From positions 1 through 43,714 of IMG/VR virus record IMGVR_UViG_3300048853_000032: a stretch of 43,714 nt of DNA; one strand, given 5' to 3'. Of the stretch, positions 26,226 to 36,987 are shown piece after piece (within the stretch, counting starts at the first letter, position 1; every line of letters begins with the position of its first letter). The position numbers were made by a program, and so were the translations under genes. This DNA is from a virus (Duplodnaviria > Caudoviricetes). The notes under the pieces are model-generated. The model was given only the letters and a program-made list of their open reading frames with translations, made no database searches and was not told where the DNA came from.

Positions 26226-28399
26226 GCCTTCAGGAAATCGACATCCGTCAGCGCGATTTCTCCGCCGGGGAAGTCGATCCCGACGCGATCCGTCGGGACG
26301 ATACCGACGTGTTGCGCTCGGCGGTCCGCTACGCCCGCAACTTGGTTTCGAGGCACACCGGCGGACTGACGCAGCGGCCGGGCCGCCGCTTCCTTTTCGA
26401 GGCGGATGGCGTGATCGGCGAGTTCAAGCCGTTCGACGACACCTCCTATCGCATTGTCTTCATCGCTGGTGGCGTCCGCGTCCGGACCGAGGAAGGCGCC
26501 CTTGTCGCTTCCCTCGCAGCGCCTTGGGCTGCTGCACATCTGGATTCGCTCGTTTGGGAAGCCGACGAGAACGAGATCTTCGTGTGCTGGCCTGGTCGTA
26601 CTCAGGTGATTTCCGTCTCGCCGACGACTGGCGCCTGGACGATCAAGAATTACGACTTCTCGACCGGGGTGGACGGTGCCGTGCGGACGCCGTTCTTCCG
26701 CTTCACCGCCACCTCAGGGATCACTCTGAAGCCATCGGGGCTGTCGGGCAGCATCACCGTCACCTTCTCGGCGAACATCCTCAATGCGCAGCACGTCGGA
26801 ACGATCTTCCGATATGCCGGCCGTCAGCTTCGCATCACCGGTGTGACCAACGCGAAGGTTGGCACGGCAACGGTGCTGGAAAAGCTGCCGTCGACCTTCA
26901 TTTTCAACGTGGATAGCAGCGACGGTTTTTCGGTCGGCCAGACAGTCGAGACCGACACCACGAACGTGAAAGCCGAAGTCATTGCTGTGGCAACCGGTAC
27001 CGTCACTGCGGTCGCAATCACGAAACTCACCACGCCTCAGAACGGGGAGAAGCTGGTCGGCCCAACCGCGACGACAAAGATTAATTCCTTCTCCACCACA
27101 ACGCCGGGAGCGACGGTGCAGTGGGACGAGCAGTTCATCTCGAACTATCGTGGCTGGCCGCGTTCGGTCTCCAAGGATCGTCAGCGTCTCATTTTCACAA
27201 ATTTCGCGCAGCTCAAGAACGCGGTTTGCTGGTCGGCGACCGGCGACAATCGTGATTTTGAGGTTGGTGCCGAGCCTGATGACGCGATGTTCGAGACGAT
27301 CGACGCTGAATGTCAGGTCTATCACATCGTCGGCGGCTACGACGAATTCGCGCTGACCGACAAGGGTGTCTATTACATCCCGGTTTCGGTTGGGACGCCG
27401 CTGCAGCCTGGCTCCGTCGAGTTCCGCGTCATCTTCTCGAGCGAGATCGCCAACATCCGGCCAATTCAGGTGACGGAAGGTGTGATCTTCGTCGATAAGT
27501 CGATGAACGGGATCTACGCCATCAGCGCGACCGGGCAGACCGCGCGCCCATATATCGCGGCGGAAGCAAACCGCCTGCATCGTCACCTGTTCTCAGGGGT
27601 GAAGTCCATTGCCGTCAGTTCCGCGACGAGCGTTTTCCCGGCACGCCAGATCTACGCCGTGAACGCCGATGGCACTGTCGTCGTGGGGCAGTTCAATTCG
27701 GACAGCGAGTATATCGGTTGGCTGAAATGGGACGGCGCGGGTGAGGTGCGTAGCATCACTGGCACTTACGGCAACGTCGTTTTCATGACGCGCTATACGA
27801 TTGATGGCGTCGTGACCGGGGTGGCGGAAGAGCTGGACTATGACCTGCTGTTCGACTGCGCGACGACGTTCGACGGCGGCGATGTCACCGATTTTCTTGA
27901 ACTCAACGACGGCTCTGCGCTCACCTTGAATGCTGGCGCGCAGCTGACGCTGGAAGGATACGTGACGCAGTTCTATGCCGGGCAAGAGGTGTCGATCTAC
28001 GCCGGCGGGTTCTATTTCGGCGAAATCACCGTGCCCGAAACTGGCGTCATTGCGGGGTTCTCGCAATATGGCGCGGTGACTGCTGGCATCCGCTTCGATT
28101 GGGAGCTTCAACCGCTCTTCATCAATTTCGATGGCGGTCAGCCCGTCGGCCAAGGCGAGCAGAAGCGCAAGATCGCGAAGATGCTGATCACGGTTCGCGA
28201 GACGCAGGAATTCCGCTGCGGCAACCGGATCTTCGGCAGCTATCGCGGCGGCGAGGACATGGAACAGCCAGTTCCGGAGCGAGACGAGACATACCGGTAC
28301 CGGGAACTCGGCCGGTCCTATGATCCTGTCGTCGAGCTCGGGTCAACGTTCCCCTGCAAATTCAAGCTTATCGAACTGAACACGAGGATGACGGTCTAA
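26222..28399 (+). CDS. Tail tubular protein B (nozzle)
   Basis: 725 aa; QRDFSAGEVDP...GGLTQRPG...GWPRSV...QRLIF...WSATGD. Confidence 0.88.
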   Translation: MSLQEIDIRQRDFSAGEVDPDAIRRDDTDVLRSAVRYARNLVSRHTGGLTQRPGRRFLFEADGVIGEFKPFDDTSYRIVFIAGGVRVRTEEGALVASLAAPWAAAHLDSLVWEADENEIFVCWPGRTQVISVSPTTGAWTIKNYDFSTGVDGAVRTPFFRFTATSGITLKPSGLSGSITVTFSANILNAQHVGTIFRYAGRQLRITGVTNAKVGTATVLEKLPSTFIFNVDSSDGFSVGQTVETDTTNVKAEVIAVATGTVTAVAITKLTTPQNGEKLVGPTATTKINSFSTTTPGATVQWDEQFISNYRGWPRSVSKDRQRLIFTNFAQLKNAVCWSATGDNRDFEVGAEPDDAMFETIDAECQVYHIVGGYDEFALTDKGVYYIPVSVGTPLQPGSVEFRVIFSSEIANIRPIQVTEGVIFVDKSMNGIYAISATGQTARPYIAAEANRLHRHLFSGVKSIAVSSATSVFPARQIYAVNADGTVVVGQFNSDSEYIGWLKWDGAGEVRSITGTYGNVVFMTRYTIDGVVTGVAEELDYDLLFDCATTFDGGDVTDFLELNDGSALTLNAGAQLTLEGYVTQFYAGQEVSIYAGGFYFGEITVPETGVIAGFSQYGAVTAGIRFDWELQPLFINFDGGQPVGQGEQKRKIAKMLITVRETQEFRCGNRIFGSYRGGEDMEQPVPERDETYRYRELGRSYDPVVELGSTFPCKFKLIELNTRMTV

Positions 28400-28803
28400 T
28401 GGGAGCCGCTGCACCTATTCTCGGCTTGGCTGGCGGTCTCGTCAGCGCTGTGGGCCAATACCAGGCGGGAAACTATGCCGCCGGTCAGTCGGATCGCGCC
28501 GCCCAGGTCGGCCGCGTGCAGGCCGATCAGATCGACGCCAGTTATCGCGACGAGCTGAATTCGACGATCTCGAATATCAGGGCAATTCGCGCTTCTGCCG
28601 GTGTCGGCGCCAACTCGCCGACGCAGATGGCGATCGAAGCGAAGCAGCAGCGGACGAGCGACCGCGACCGAAAAATTGAGGTTGGATCGAAGCGAATGCA
28701 GGCCGCGCAGGACGCGGAAGATGCGCGCTTCCGCCGGTCTTCGGCGCGCATGGCGCTTTTTGGCGGCGCTGCAACCAGCATGGCAAAGTATTTCGGGTCG
28801 TAA
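28399..28803 (+). CDS. Internal virion (ejection) protein, small
   Basis: 134 aa, Ala/Gly-rich termini; position after the nozzle gene. Confidence 0.78.
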   Translation: MGAAAPILGLAGGLVSAVGQYQAGNYAAGQSDRAAQVGRVQADQIDASYRDELNSTISNIRAIRASAGVGANSPTQMAIEAKQQRTSDRDRKIEVGSKRMQAAQDAEDARFRRSSARMALFGGAATSMAKYFGS

Positions 28804-28806
28804 AAC

Positions 28807-31716
28807 ATGGCAAAGCTTCCAGAAATTCAGTCGCGTGGCGCCGTCACTCGCGGCCCGCAATCTTCGGTCTCGGCCGCTGAAGTGGCGAACCCATTTCAGC
28901 AGATCGCCAACGCGCTCGATGCAGCCGGCGAAGTCTTCCAGCGAAAAGAAGTCTTCGAGGCGTCCAACGAAGGCGCAAACGCGGTCTATCGGGATGCGGA
29001 CGGCAGTCTGAAGGTTGATCTGCAGTCGAACCTGTCGGCGCGTGGTCGCGCCTATAATGCTGCCGCGCAACAGGGTTATGCCACTCGGCTGGCCGGCGAC
29101 ATCCGCGCACGCGGCGTTGCTCTGCAGAACGAGTCGAAAGGCAATATCGAAACCTTCAACTCTGCTTGGAAAGCCTTCCGTGATCAGACGCTCACCGCCG
29201 TGCCGAAGGACTTCCGCGGCGCCGTGACGACAATGCTCGATACGGAAGGGCCGCGCTTTGCTCTGGGCGTTTCCGAGCAGAAGCGGACATCGGACCTGAA
29301 GGAATTCGAGGGCAACATCAAGTCTGAGATCCAGCTCCTCGATGATGACATGTCGGCGCTCGCCCGCGCCGGCGGCACGTCGACGGACGCGTATAAGCAG
29401 AAGCAGGCGCAGCTTCATACGCTCTGGAATCAGCTCGCCGAAAATCCCGATTTCACCGTCGGCGAGAAAGAGGCGGGCATTGCAGTCCGGCGCATGGAAT
29501 CCCGGCACATGTCGGAGTCCATGGTCGGTACCGTCGAAAAGGCGCTTGGCACCGGTGGTGTTGTCGAAGCGCGAAAGATTGCGCAATCGATTTTGACGGA
29601 CGAGAAGCTTGCTCTCACGCCGGCGGAGCGCCGTCAGTATGCCGGCCTCGCGAACGAGCGCATTAACGGCTTCATCGCGCAGACGAAGGCAAATCTGAAG
29701 CCGGTACAGGACCGCTCCACCACCATTCAGAAGCGTCTCAAGGAAGGGGTCGGGCTCGATAACGATGATATCGACATGACGGCGGCAGAGCTGGCGCGTG
29801 GGGGCGATCTGTCCGGCGCCATGGAGCTCTATTCCGCTCGGGCGATGGCGAAGACGCTGCAGGGTTTCCGGCGCTCGGATAATTCGCAGCAGGTGGCGAT
29901 TGCCGAAAACGCGATCGGCAATGCAAATCGGCCGTCTCCCGGTCGAACGCGGCCTGTCTCCGTCGCTCCTCAGCTTTCTGGCAGGATGGAACAGGCGATG
30001 AAGCACTACATCGCCCGGGGTATCTCCCCCGTCATGGCTGCCGGCATCATCGGCAATCTCGTGCAGGAGTCGAGCCTCAACACGTCCGCTCGCAATCCCG
30101 GCGACGGTTCGGACGGTTCGGACTCCATCGGCCTCGGCCAATGGAACGGCGCGCGGGCAAAGGCGCTACAGGCGTTTGCCGCATCCCGCGGTGCTTCCCC
30201 CGACGATTTCGCCACTCAACTCGACTTCGTTCTTCACGAGTTGGAAACGACTGAAGGCGCGGCATACGAACGCCTGAAGGCGGCGCGAAACGTCGACGAG
30301 GCGACTGCCGCCATGATCGGCTATGAACGTCCCGCTGGCTGGTCTCCTGCCAATCCGCGCGGCGGACATGGCTGGAATAATCGTGTGGCGATGGCCGCGA
30401 AGGCAGGCGAATTCGCCGGCCTCAAGGGCGAGTTGATCGCCTCCGAAATGGCCGCTGTCGATCCGGAGCTGGTCAAGGAATATCGCGAGGAGATGACCCG
30501 CGATGCGAAGGATCTCTTCGGCGACATCAAGGCCGGTTACGACAAGGGCCTGACGCCTGCTGTCAGCGACCTCGAAATCCTGACGCGCCAGCTCGCCATC
30601 GTCGACGATCAGGATTTGCGGCGAGAGGTGGCCGATTACTTCACCAGCCAGGCGGCGACCGAAGCGATCGCGGGCATGCCGCCGGCGCAGGTCGAAAACC
30701 TGATTGCTTCGCTGCGGTCGGATGCGGCTGACGGTGCCACGGTGGCACAACAGCAGATCATCACCGGCATGGAAGAGGCGGAGAAGGCCCGCGCGCAGGC
30801 GTTGAAGGAAGATCCGCTCGGCTATGCCGTCAACCGCAAGATCGTGCCTGCCCTGCCCGCACTCGACATGGCATCGCCGGACACCTGGGGCCCGACGTTC
30901 CAAGCCTATCAGAACGGCGTCGACGTTCTCCGCGCCCGCGGCGAAGTCGGCAATATCTCGGCGCTACGCCCTGCCGTGCAGACGCAGGTGCAGAATGCGC
31001 TTTCCTCTGCGACACCGCAGGAATCCATTCAGCTCCTCGGCTCGATGGCGCAAAACCTCAGCCCCGAAACCTATCAGGCCACTCTGAGCAAGATCGCTGC
31101 GAGCGGTGACGGGAAAATGACGGCTGCGGCCGGCGCCCTGGTGGCCGAAAACCCTGAAGTCGCGGAAGGCATTCTTCGCGGTCGGAACCTGCTGCGGGAA
31201 AATCCCGGCCTTGCTCCCAAGAAGACCGACGACAACCGCGCATCGATCGACGAGATGTTGCCGCCGACGGCTTTTGCGCCTTCGCTCGAAGCATCCCGGC
31301 AATCGCTCATCGAAGCCGCGACGGCGCGCTATGCCGATCTCGCCAACCAGTCCGGCGACACCAGCGGCGAACTGAGTAGTGAGCGCATGCAGCAGGCGAT
31401 CACCGAAGTGACCGGCGGTCTCGTCGACATGAACGGCTATCAGGTGATTTCGCCGCGATACGGGCAGACGCAGGACGAATTCGATCAGACGCTTTCCTCG
31501 CTGACCGATCAGGATCTTATGGGCGCCGTCACCACCTCGGGCCAGCCGGTCAGCGTCAGCGACCTTCGAAACGAAGGGCGGCTTCGCGCCGTCGCCGATG
31601 GCCGGTACATCCTCGAATTCGGCAGCACCGATTACCCGACGTATGTGATGCGCCAGCCCTCGCAAGGAAACTACATCGGACCGTCCGTGTTCGTGCTCGA
31701 TCTGAGGAATCGCTGA
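28807..31716 (+). CDS. Internal virion protein with a phage tail lysozyme-type domain
   Basis: 969 aa; GISPVMAAGIIGNLVQESSLN...GLGQWNGAR...TQLDFVLHEL...YERPA. Confidence 0.85.
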   Translation: MAKLPEIQSRGAVTRGPQSSVSAAEVANPFQQIANALDAAGEVFQRKEVFEASNEGANAVYRDADGSLKVDLQSNLSARGRAYNAAAQQGYATRLAGDIRARGVALQNESKGNIETFNSAWKAFRDQTLTAVPKDFRGAVTTMLDTEGPRFALGVSEQKRTSDLKEFEGNIKSEIQLLDDDMSALARAGGTSTDAYKQKQAQLHTLWNQLAENPDFTVGEKEAGIAVRRMESRHMSESMVGTVEKALGTGGVVEARKIAQSILTDEKLALTPAERRQYAGLANERINGFIAQTKANLKPVQDRSTTIQKRLKEGVGLDNDDIDMTAAELARGGDLSGAMELYSARAMAKTLQGFRRSDNSQQVAIAENAIGNANRPSPGRTRPVSVAPQLSGRMEQAMKHYIARGISPVMAAGIIGNLVQESSLNTSARNPGDGSDGSDSIGLGQWNGARAKALQAFAASRGASPDDFATQLDFVLHELETTEGAAYERLKAARNVDEATAAMIGYERPAGWSPANPRGGHGWNNRVAMAAKAGEFAGLKGELIASEMAAVDPELVKEYREEMTRDAKDLFGDIKAGYDKGLTPAVSDLEILTRQLAIVDDQDLRREVADYFTSQAATEAIAGMPPAQVENLIASLRSDAADGATVAQQQIITGMEEAEKARAQALKEDPLGYAVNRKIVPALPALDMASPDTWGPTFQAYQNGVDVLRARGEVGNISALRPAVQTQVQNALSSATPQESIQLLGSMAQNLSPETYQATLSKIAASGDGKMTAAAGALVAENPEVAEGILRGRNLLRENPGLAPKKTDDNRASIDEMLPPTAFAPSLEASRQSLIEAATARYADLANQSGDTSGELSSERMQQAITEVTGGLVDMNGYQVISPRYGQTQDEFDQTLSSLTDQDLMGAVTTSGQPVSVSDLRNEGRLRAVADGRYILEFGSTDYPTYVMRQPSQGNYIGPSVFVLDLRNR

Positions 31717-34022
31717 TGCCGATGCTCGTTGACGATCAGCAGATGCGCGCCGCTTTGCAGACAGCGGCGCAGCGTCCATTCGAGGGCGTCGATCCCGGCT
31801 TTGTCGAGCGGCTGAAATCCGACTGGACGGCAATGCGGGAGTTTTCGAACTCGAACGCCAGCCACCGCAACGCACTCGCTGCCCAGAATGATTTTCAGGT
31901 CAGGTTCTTCCGTGAAAGCGGTCAGCGCCTCCCCGGCTGGGTCGACAGCATGAACGCCAACGCGATGGAGGTCGCGCAGAAGCAATTCGATGGGTGGAAG
32001 GCAAACCACCCTGACAGCGATTTGACCTTTCCGACGCCTGAAGAGTTGCGCGCGCAGGCTGATGCTAAGGCACTCGAAGCGCGCCAGGCGTCAGAGGATC
32101 TATCCCGGCGATCGACCAGTGTCGCATCGGGAGTCGGCGGATTTCTTGGCACCGCTGCCGGTGCGGTGACTGATCCTATCAACCTGCTCGCATCTGGGTT
32201 CGGGGCTTCCGCCTCTGCCGGCATCCTGCGAACCGCCCTGGCGGAAGCGGGCATCGGTGTTGCGTCGGAAGCCCTCATTCAGGGCGCGACGCTCGACAGG
32301 AAGCAGCGCATCGATCCGGAATTCTCCGCGGAGGATGCACTGCTCGAGATCGGCGCCGCCGGTGTCGGTGGTGCCGTGCTGGGCGGCGGCATCAAAGGAC
32401 TCGCCAATCTCTGGCATCGCGCGAAAACAGGCGAGTGGCCGTCGCACGTCCGCGACACCGCCAACGTGCTGACACGCGAAGCTGCCGTTCCTGAGAACCG
32501 TTTCGCGAAGTCGGTGCAGGGCGAGTCCGCGCATCGTGCCGCGCTTGCGAAGTCGATCGACGATCTAATGGCAAGCCGCCCGGTCGAGCTGCCGCCGGAA
32601 GCCTTCGCCCAGGCGAACGCGCGTCCCGGCCGCGTCTATGATGCCGACGGCAACAGCATCGGCGTCCGGTATGAAGTCGTCGACGCGAACAGCCTCATCA
32701 CCTCGCACGGCGACGATCTGACCCCCAACCCGGCCTTCCCTCCGGAACTGCAGCCGCGTGACCGTTCCCGGGCTCTGTCGCAGGATCAGATTGCTGCTAT
32801 CGCGGCCAACCTGCAGCCCGAACGTCTCGGCTTCTCACCGCAGGCAGAGTCCGGCGCTCCGATTGTCGGTCCGGATGGTCTTGTTGAATCCGGCAATGGT
32901 CGCGTGCTCGCACTGCGCCGCGCCTACAATCAGGGTGGCGTCTCGGCGGACAATTACCGCAACTTTCTGCGCTCTCAGAATTTCGATGTTGAGGGCATGA
33001 GCAATCCCGTCCTCATCGCACGGCGCGTCACTGACCTTGAGGACGCTGCCCGCGTCGGCTTCGTCACCGCTGCCAACCGTTCCACCGCAATGCGCCTGGG
33101 TGCGGCTGAACAGGCTCTTTCCGATGCCCGTCTTCTGGATGGCGCGTTGCTCGATATCCTCGATGGTCCCGACGTTCGCGCTGCTGCAAATCAGCCTTTC
33201 GCCCGCGGCTTCATGTCGAAGCTGCCGCGCGCCGAACAGGGATCGCTCGTCGACAAGGATGGTTTTCTCTCCCAGGACGGCGAGCGCCGGATCACGGCGG
33301 CACTGATGGGCCGCGCCTACGGTGAGCCGGTTCTGCTCGGCCGCGCGCTAGAGGATACCGACAACAATATCAAGTCAATTGCCGGCGCGATGGCGGACTC
33401 ATCTGCGCCGTGGGCGAAGATGCGCGATGCCGTGTCGCGTGGCGAGATCCCCGCCGGCATGGACATCACCGACGATCTGATGAGCGGGGTGCGCCTGGTC
33501 ATGAAGGCGCGCGACGAGGGGCGCACGGTCAAGGATCTGGTCAATCAGGCTGAAATGTTCGGCGGTCCGGACGAGCTGTCGAAGATCATCGCGCGTGCGA
33601 TGTTCTCCGACATGGATCTTCGCCGCCCCGTCGGTCGCGCCCGCCTCGCCGAATTCCTGCGCGACTATGCCGACGAGGCGATGAAGAATGATGCCGGTCC
33701 GCGCCTCTTCGGTGAAGCTCTCGGCGCTGGCGATATCCTGAAGTCGTCGCTCGAACGCGTCGGCCGAAATGACCTTCTGCGAGTCGCGGAGGAGCGTCTT
33801 GCACCTGAGGCCGTGGAGAAGCTGGCCGAAGATCCGCTGACGGCGGAAGCGGCCATCATGGACGCGCAGCGGTTGCGCGCTGAGCGATCGGGGATCAAGG
33901 TAGATCTCGGCGATGGGCTCGGCGAGCGCAGCCTTGACGACATCCTCAACGAGGCCGACGAGGAGATTGCCGCCGCAACGGAAATTGAAGCCTGCACGAT
34001 CGGTAGGGATCAGACGCAATGA
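31716..34022 (+). CDS. Internal virion protein with a DdrB-like ParB domain
   Basis: 768 aa; RYEVVDANSLITSH...PPELQPRDR...GAPIVGPDGLVESGNGRVLAL. Confidence 0.8.
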   Translation: MPMLVDDQQMRAALQTAAQRPFEGVDPGFVERLKSDWTAMREFSNSNASHRNALAAQNDFQVRFFRESGQRLPGWVDSMNANAMEVAQKQFDGWKANHPDSDLTFPTPEELRAQADAKALEARQASEDLSRRSTSVASGVGGFLGTAAGAVTDPINLLASGFGASASAGILRTALAEAGIGVASEALIQGATLDRKQRIDPEFSAEDALLEIGAAGVGGAVLGGGIKGLANLWHRAKTGEWPSHVRDTANVLTREAAVPENRFAKSVQGESAHRAALAKSIDDLMASRPVELPPEAFAQANARPGRVYDADGNSIGVRYEVVDANSLITSHGDDLTPNPAFPPELQPRDRSRALSQDQIAAIAANLQPERLGFSPQAESGAPIVGPDGLVESGNGRVLALRRAYNQGGVSADNYRNFLRSQNFDVEGMSNPVLIARRVTDLEDAARVGFVTAANRSTAMRLGAAEQALSDARLLDGALLDILDGPDVRAAANQPFARGFMSKLPRAEQGSLVDKDGFLSQDGERRITAALMGRAYGEPVLLGRALEDTDNNIKSIAGAMADSSAPWAKMRDAVSRGEIPAGMDITDDLMSGVRLVMKARDEGRTVKDLVNQAEMFGGPDELSKIIARAMFSDMDLRRPVGRARLAEFLRDYADEAMKNDAGPRLFGEALGAGDILKSSLERVGRNDLLRVAEERLAPEAVEKLAEDPLTAEAAIMDAQRLRAERSGIKVDLGDGLGERSLDDILNEADEEIAAATEIEACTIGRDQTQ

Positions 34023-36430
34023 GCATAGCCAACTGCCTGACGAAACTCGTTGCTGCCAAGCGGATCACGCAAAAGCAGGCTGATGACGCTCTTGCCCTTC
34101 ACGAGGGGCTGCAGGGCCGTCTCTATCCGAACATGGGCCCGACATCGGCGGAGGCCGCCAGCGCGCTTGAGGCCGCACGCGTGATGGCGCAGGCGGCACA
34201 GGAACGGAAGCTGATGGCTTCGAAGCAGGCAATCGCTTACGCCCAGGCGCTTGACCGAATGGAGAAGCACCCCGACGGCAAGACTGTCGGCCTTCAGAGC
34301 ATGCTTGTCCGCGACAATCTCGAAGGCGGCGCAGCTACCGGGAATGCCATCCACATCGACGGCCATAGCGAGAACGTGACGAAGCGCCTCCTCGGCATGA
34401 TGGATGGGGCAATGAAGCCGTATTCGTCACGCCTCGCCGGCCTTCAGCAGGACACCGAATCCATCTGGAATGTCGTCAGCGAGCTCTTCGGAAGGGACAC
34501 CGGCGACGATGCAGCGAAGGCCGCTGCTGCCGGCTGGAAGAAGGCGACCGAATATGCCGTCGCCAGGGTGAAGCGCGCCGGCAAGCCGCTTTCCGTGCTC
34601 GAAGATTGGCGCCTGCCGCAGTCGTGGGACAGCGGGCGCGTCCGCCGGTTTTCACAGCAGGAATTCACGCATGACCTGATGACCGAGTTCGAGGCGGGCA
34701 ACCTGCGCGTCATGGACAAGCAGGGCACTGGCGATGCGCCGCGCGCCGCCGTCGGTGGCATCATCGCCAATGCCTACCGAGATATCACCCTCGGGAAGTC
34801 GAACAGCGGCGCCGGCGGCTTCTCCAATCAGCTCCGCGTGTTTCGCTTCCAAGATCCGGACGCCTACATTCGCCTGATGAAGAAATACGGCCACGGCGAC
34901 GGTGGGCTCTACAACACGATGATGGGCCATATCGGCGCCATGGGCCGTGAGATCGCCACCACCGAACTTCTTGGCCCGAATTACGAGGACAATTTCAGGC
35001 GGCTTCTCGATGTCGCCCGCGAGGACGATGCCGTGCGCAACACGTCGGTCCGCTCGAAGCTGAAGCGCTCGCTCACCATGAACAGCCCGGCGGCGGTGCA
35101 GCGGACCTATGACGCAGTGACCGGCAAGCTCGGTGTCGCGCAGAGTGATCTGATCGCCGGTATCGGTGGCGGCATGCGCAATCTGCAGACTGCTGCCCGC
35201 CTCGGCTCCGCGACTATCGCCGCGCTTCCCGGCGACAGCTTCACGGCGTCTCTTGCAGCCAACGCGAACGGCATCCCGGCAACGGCTGTTCTCGGGCGGC
35301 TCGTCCGCGATCTTGCCAACGACTCGGAAGCCGAAGCAATCGCGCGTCAGGTCAACCTCACCGCCGCGTCAATCATGGATCACGCCCTTGGGTCGAAGCG
35401 CTTCGCCGACGAGGTGGTCGGCCAGGGGCTCACCGGTCGCGTTGCAGACACCACCATGCGGCTCACCGGTATCAACGTTTGGACGGAGGGGCTGAAGCGC
35501 GCGTGGGCGATGGAGATGAACGGCCTCATCGCGCGCCAGGCTGAACACATCTTCGCGGATCTTGATCCTGCCTTTCGGGGTTTCCTCACCCGCTACGGCT
35601 TCACGCCGGAACAGTGGGACAAGCTGCGCGCCACTCCCCAGCTAGAGGCGGACGGAGCGCGCTTCTTCGATGTGAACAGCGTCGAGGATCAGCAACTCGC
35701 CGATCGGCTGATGTCGGCCATCATCGACGAGCGCCGTTTCGCGGTCATCGAGCCTGATGCCCGCATTCGCGGCGCGATGTCGGCGGGCTTGCAGCGCGGC
35801 ACCTTCATGGGCGAGATCGCCCGCAGCGCCACCCAGTTCAAGTCCTTCCCGATGACATTCATGATGACGCACATGATGCGCGCGGCAATTCAGGACGGCG
35901 CGTGGGGCAAGGTGGCTGCCGGCGGCAAGCTGATCACCCTTGCGACTATTGCGGGCGCGGTGACAGCGCAAATGCAGTCCCTTATCGCCGGCCGCGATCC
36001 TCAGGATATGAGCACACCTGAATTCTGGTTGCAGGCATTCATCCGCGGAGGCGGTGGCGGCATGCTCGGAGATCTTGTCTATTCGTCGTCGACGCGCGGC
36101 GGGGATGGACTGACCGAGTATATCGCCGGACCGGCCCCCGGCGCTGTCATCTCAGCGACCGGGGATCTGATGCAGTCGCTTGCCGGCAACAAGGAGATGA
36201 CGGGCAAGATGCTGGCGCAACACATCAAGGCATGGACGCCGGGCTCGTCGCTCTGGTTCTCGAAGATCGCCACCGATCGCATCCTCTTTGATCAGCTTCA
36301 AACCATGCTGGATCCGAATTATCGGGAGTCGTTTGCACGCTACGAACGCCGGATGAAGAAAGACTTCGGTCAAGCGTTCTGGTGGCGCCCTGGCGATGTC
36401 ACGCCGGACCGTGGGCCGCGTCTACCTTAG
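34019..36430 (+). CDS. Large internal virion (ejection) protein
   Basis: 803 aa; LPQSWD, GTFMGEIARSATQFKSFP, GGGGMLGD. Confidence 0.8.
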   Translation: MSIANCLTKLVAAKRITQKQADDALALHEGLQGRLYPNMGPTSAEAASALEAARVMAQAAQERKLMASKQAIAYAQALDRMEKHPDGKTVGLQSMLVRDNLEGGAATGNAIHIDGHSENVTKRLLGMMDGAMKPYSSRLAGLQQDTESIWNVVSELFGRDTGDDAAKAAAAGWKKATEYAVARVKRAGKPLSVLEDWRLPQSWDSGRVRRFSQQEFTHDLMTEFEAGNLRVMDKQGTGDAPRAAVGGIIANAYRDITLGKSNSGAGGFSNQLRVFRFQDPDAYIRLMKKYGHGDGGLYNTMMGHIGAMGREIATTELLGPNYEDNFRRLLDVAREDDAVRNTSVRSKLKRSLTMNSPAAVQRTYDAVTGKLGVAQSDLIAGIGGGMRNLQTAARLGSATIAALPGDSFTASLAANANGIPATAVLGRLVRDLANDSEAEAIARQVNLTAASIMDHALGSKRFADEVVGQGLTGRVADTTMRLTGINVWTEGLKRAWAMEMNGLIARQAEHIFADLDPAFRGFLTRYGFTPEQWDKLRATPQLEADGARFFDVNSVEDQQLADRLMSAIIDERRFAVIEPDARIRGAMSAGLQRGTFMGEIARSATQFKSFPMTFMMTHMMRAAIQDGAWGKVAAGGKLITLATIAGAVTAQMQSLIAGRDPQDMSTPEFWLQAFIRGGGGGMLGDLVYSSSTRGGDGLTEYIAGPAPGAVISATGDLMQSLAGNKEMTGKMLAQHIKAWTPGSSLWFSKIATDRILFDQLQTMLDPNYRESFARYERRMKKDFGQAFWWRPGDVTPDRGPRLP

Positions 36431-36672
36431 CGTTTCCGCTCGCCAAGCAACTTTTCAATCACCTTCTGCTGTGTCTCGAAGGCTTCGAGCAGTCGGTCTA
36501 TGCGCTCGTCAAGTGCGCTCTGTTTGAACGATGCTTCAAGACGGGACACTATTTCTGCGTTCAACGAACGGCCGGAATCCTGTGCTGCGGCCGTCAGTTG
36601 ATCCCTGAGCGGCGGCAGCATCCTGAGCCCAAATGGGGCAATGTTTCCGATCTTTTCACCGCCTCTTTTCAT
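36427..36672 (-). CDS. Arc/Mnt-family RHH repressor
   Basis: FGLRMLPPLRDQLTAAAQDSGRSLNAEIVSRLEASF. Confidence 0.9.
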   Translation of the reverse strand: MKRGGEKIGNIAPFGLRMLPPLRDQLTAAAQDSGRSLNAEIVSRLEASFKQSALDERIDRLLEAFETQQKVIEKLLGERKR

Positions 36673-36727
36673 GGCTGCACTTTGTAGTCAATTTGCAGTT
36701 GCCATCAATGACTACAGAGTGTAACTA
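36672..36727. promoter_or_regulatory. Two Arc-type palindromic operators
   Basis: TGGCTGCA-CTT-TGTAGTCA (36672-36690) and TGACTACA-GAG-TGTAACTA (36709-36727). Confidence 0.7.
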
Positions 36728-36767
36728 GCTTCATTATGTAACTATGGTTGCTGAATGGGGAACGCAG

Positions 36768-36950
36768 GTGAAAACGAAAAATCCACCGTTCGGACTCCGG
36801 ATGCCCGATGACGTGAAAGAATGGGTCGCGCATCAGGCGAGAGAAAACATGCGATCGCAGAACGCAGAGATCGTCATGGCTCTAAAAGAAAAAATGGATC
36901 GTCTGGCCGCTATAACTATTTCTGAACAAAGGCCGGCGAAGCGCGCGTGA
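36768..36950 (+). CDS. arc: Arc-family RHH repressor
   Basis: FGLRMPDDVKEWVAHQARENMRSQNAEIVMAL; start GTG 36768 or ATG 36744. Confidence 0.88.
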   Translation: MKTKNPPFGLRMPDDVKEWVAHQARENMRSQNAEIVMALKEKMDRLAAITISEQRPAKRA

Positions 36951-36987
36951 AACAGGGACGCGATCAACTCACTGAGGAACCCAGGAA

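Noticed and set aside
28396-30141. 581-aa minus-strand ORF (likewise 19064-20509 and 4142-5182)
   Set aside because: Shadow frames of well-supported genes on the opposite strand.
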